Shown here: positions 59,981-64,000 of the stretch, piece after piece | How the letters are laid out: each line of letters opens with the position of its first letter | Numbering within the stretch: position 1 is the first letter of the stretch | Notes under the pieces: generated by a model | What the model was told of the DNA's origin: nothing | Database searches by the model: none | What the model saw: the letters and a program-made list of their open reading frames with translations, nothing else | Translations under genes and position numbers: made by a program | Source of the DNA: the human T2T-CHM13v2.0 reference genome, Homo sapiens | Reading direction: 5' to 3' (one strand) | Length of the DNA stretch: 64,000 bases | Assembly (NCBI RefSeq): GCF_009914755.1 | Contig: NC_060944.1

Positions 59981-60554
59981 TGATTTTAGATTCCCATCTG
60001 ATGTTCTCTATAACTTTGATGACTCCCCAAACAAAGGCTCCCAAACACACTCTGAGGCTTATGGTAATGAATTTAAATAAGCCAGCGTGTGTACTGGGTG
60101 TAGCACATGTCCAGAAGCAGGAAACCCTCACTGTCCTCTATAAGCTGCTGTTCTGTCAGGAACATTGTGACAGCACTGCTGCTGATATTATCGTTTTCAT
60201 ATCCCAGAATGGGAATGGTTTCTTGCCATCCTCAGACAGAGTTGCCTCATCTTGATGACAGTGGTAGGATGAGTAATAATTATCTACCATTGTCTAACTT
60301 AGATATCAAGCACTTTGCACCAATTCTTATTGGGTGCTCAAAGAAACCTCAGGAGGAATATGCTATCAGTATAACTCCCTTTTTATAGCTAAGGCCACAA
60401 AGGCTCTGAGTGGCGAAGTGGTCCATGAGGGTCTCAGAGCAGTAATGGGGAAGAATGAGATTTTGAATCCTAAAGCACTAGAGGAAATGTTCTTCAACTA
60501 TGCCTCAGAGGTGTCCTAGAAAATCAGACCGGAAGAGTATTCACCAAATTTAGT

Positions 60555-63080
<2,526 letters not shown>

Positions 63081-64000
63081 TAAATTTCACGTTTGATTCC
63101 AGGGGTTGGGAGTTTGCTGCCCTTCATCATGGAGTTTGCTGCAGCCAGTGCAGGGGTGAAAAGGGAAGAGCAAAACAGGCAGATCTCGTTTAGGAGAGAT
63201 ACTGCAATTTATCTGATGCTGATCTTTTAAGTCACTTCTGGTGCCAAAGAGCACTGGACTTGGAGCCTGAAGAACTGAGACTTCCTGACATTTGGCCTTA
63301 AGCAAGCCTGAGCTTAGACTTCCTGAGCTTTTCCCGATGTTTTGTGTTGGGCAGCCCCATTTCCCTGGACAGCTGCAGGGATGGAGGGAAGTGATGCGTG
63401 TATGCATGTGGGCTTGTTCCTTCCTTCTCTATTCCACAGGCTGTCAGTGTACAGGTATGTTTGCACACAAGAAAGATGTTGGTCCTGGGGTCTCAGAGGC
63501 ACCAAAGAACTGGCCAGCTTTGTCCAATTCATCCAAAATCCAGTCAGTGGCGTAAAGAGGAAGCCATCACACCAGGCCTTTGCCAACAAAGCAGACAGGC
63601 TGCCCAGCCCAGGAGCTGCCTACTCTTACTCGCCTGTTGGTTTGAGCAGATGCAGCCATGACAGCAGGGTTACAAAGGCCACCCCAGCCAGGCCACCACC
63701 CTCCACCAGGGCTCTGCCAGGATGGATTGAACCCTGGCCCTCATGTGTTACTTGATGACAGCAAGATACCTGATAAGAAACTGTTTGGATGTCACAGAGA
63801 ACACATTTTAACAGCCCAGAGAGGTGGGATTATCACAGAGTGGTGTAAAAGAAGCAAAATTATTTCGGATAAACCATGAAGGAATTTTATTACCCAGTGC
63901 AGTTATAAATCAAGTTCTCTGTAAATGCAATAAAACAATTGTTTAGTCTGCATGATTCATACCACAAACCTCAGGATTCTTGGTTTTGATCTTATTGCCG

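Overview
Primate (almost certainly human, 20q13.2) genomic DNA containing the 5' end of SALL4 on the minus strand. Part of intron 1 occupies 1-5735, the first coding exon (MSRRKQAKPQHI..., 130 nt) 5736-5865, and the CpG-island promoter about 3750-6200. The remaining ~58 kb upstream has no other credible protein-coding gene. It is extremely Alu-rich (about 90 Alu copies or fragments by my manual count, many nested), with L1, L2, MIR, MER/Tigger and LTR relics and a few repeat-free islands that look like enhancers. A minus-strand terminal exon candidate near 35.3-35.7 kb may belong to the upstream lncRNA LINC01429. The most unusual observations are four. (i) A local ~300-bp duplication (42.3 kb vs 46.2 kb) in which half of one copy is inverted between Alu 5' ends. 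(ii) A 115-bp tandem duplication with hairpins and one-sided CpG decay. (iii) An out-of-frame AUG 11 nt upstream of the SALL4 start that opens an Arg-rich overlapping ORF through exon 1. (iv) An AT-rich block inside the GC-rich promoter that could be an autoregulatory SALL4 site. Repeat family names and boundaries were assigned by eye and are approximate. No prokaryotic-type systems (CRISPR, operons) are present.
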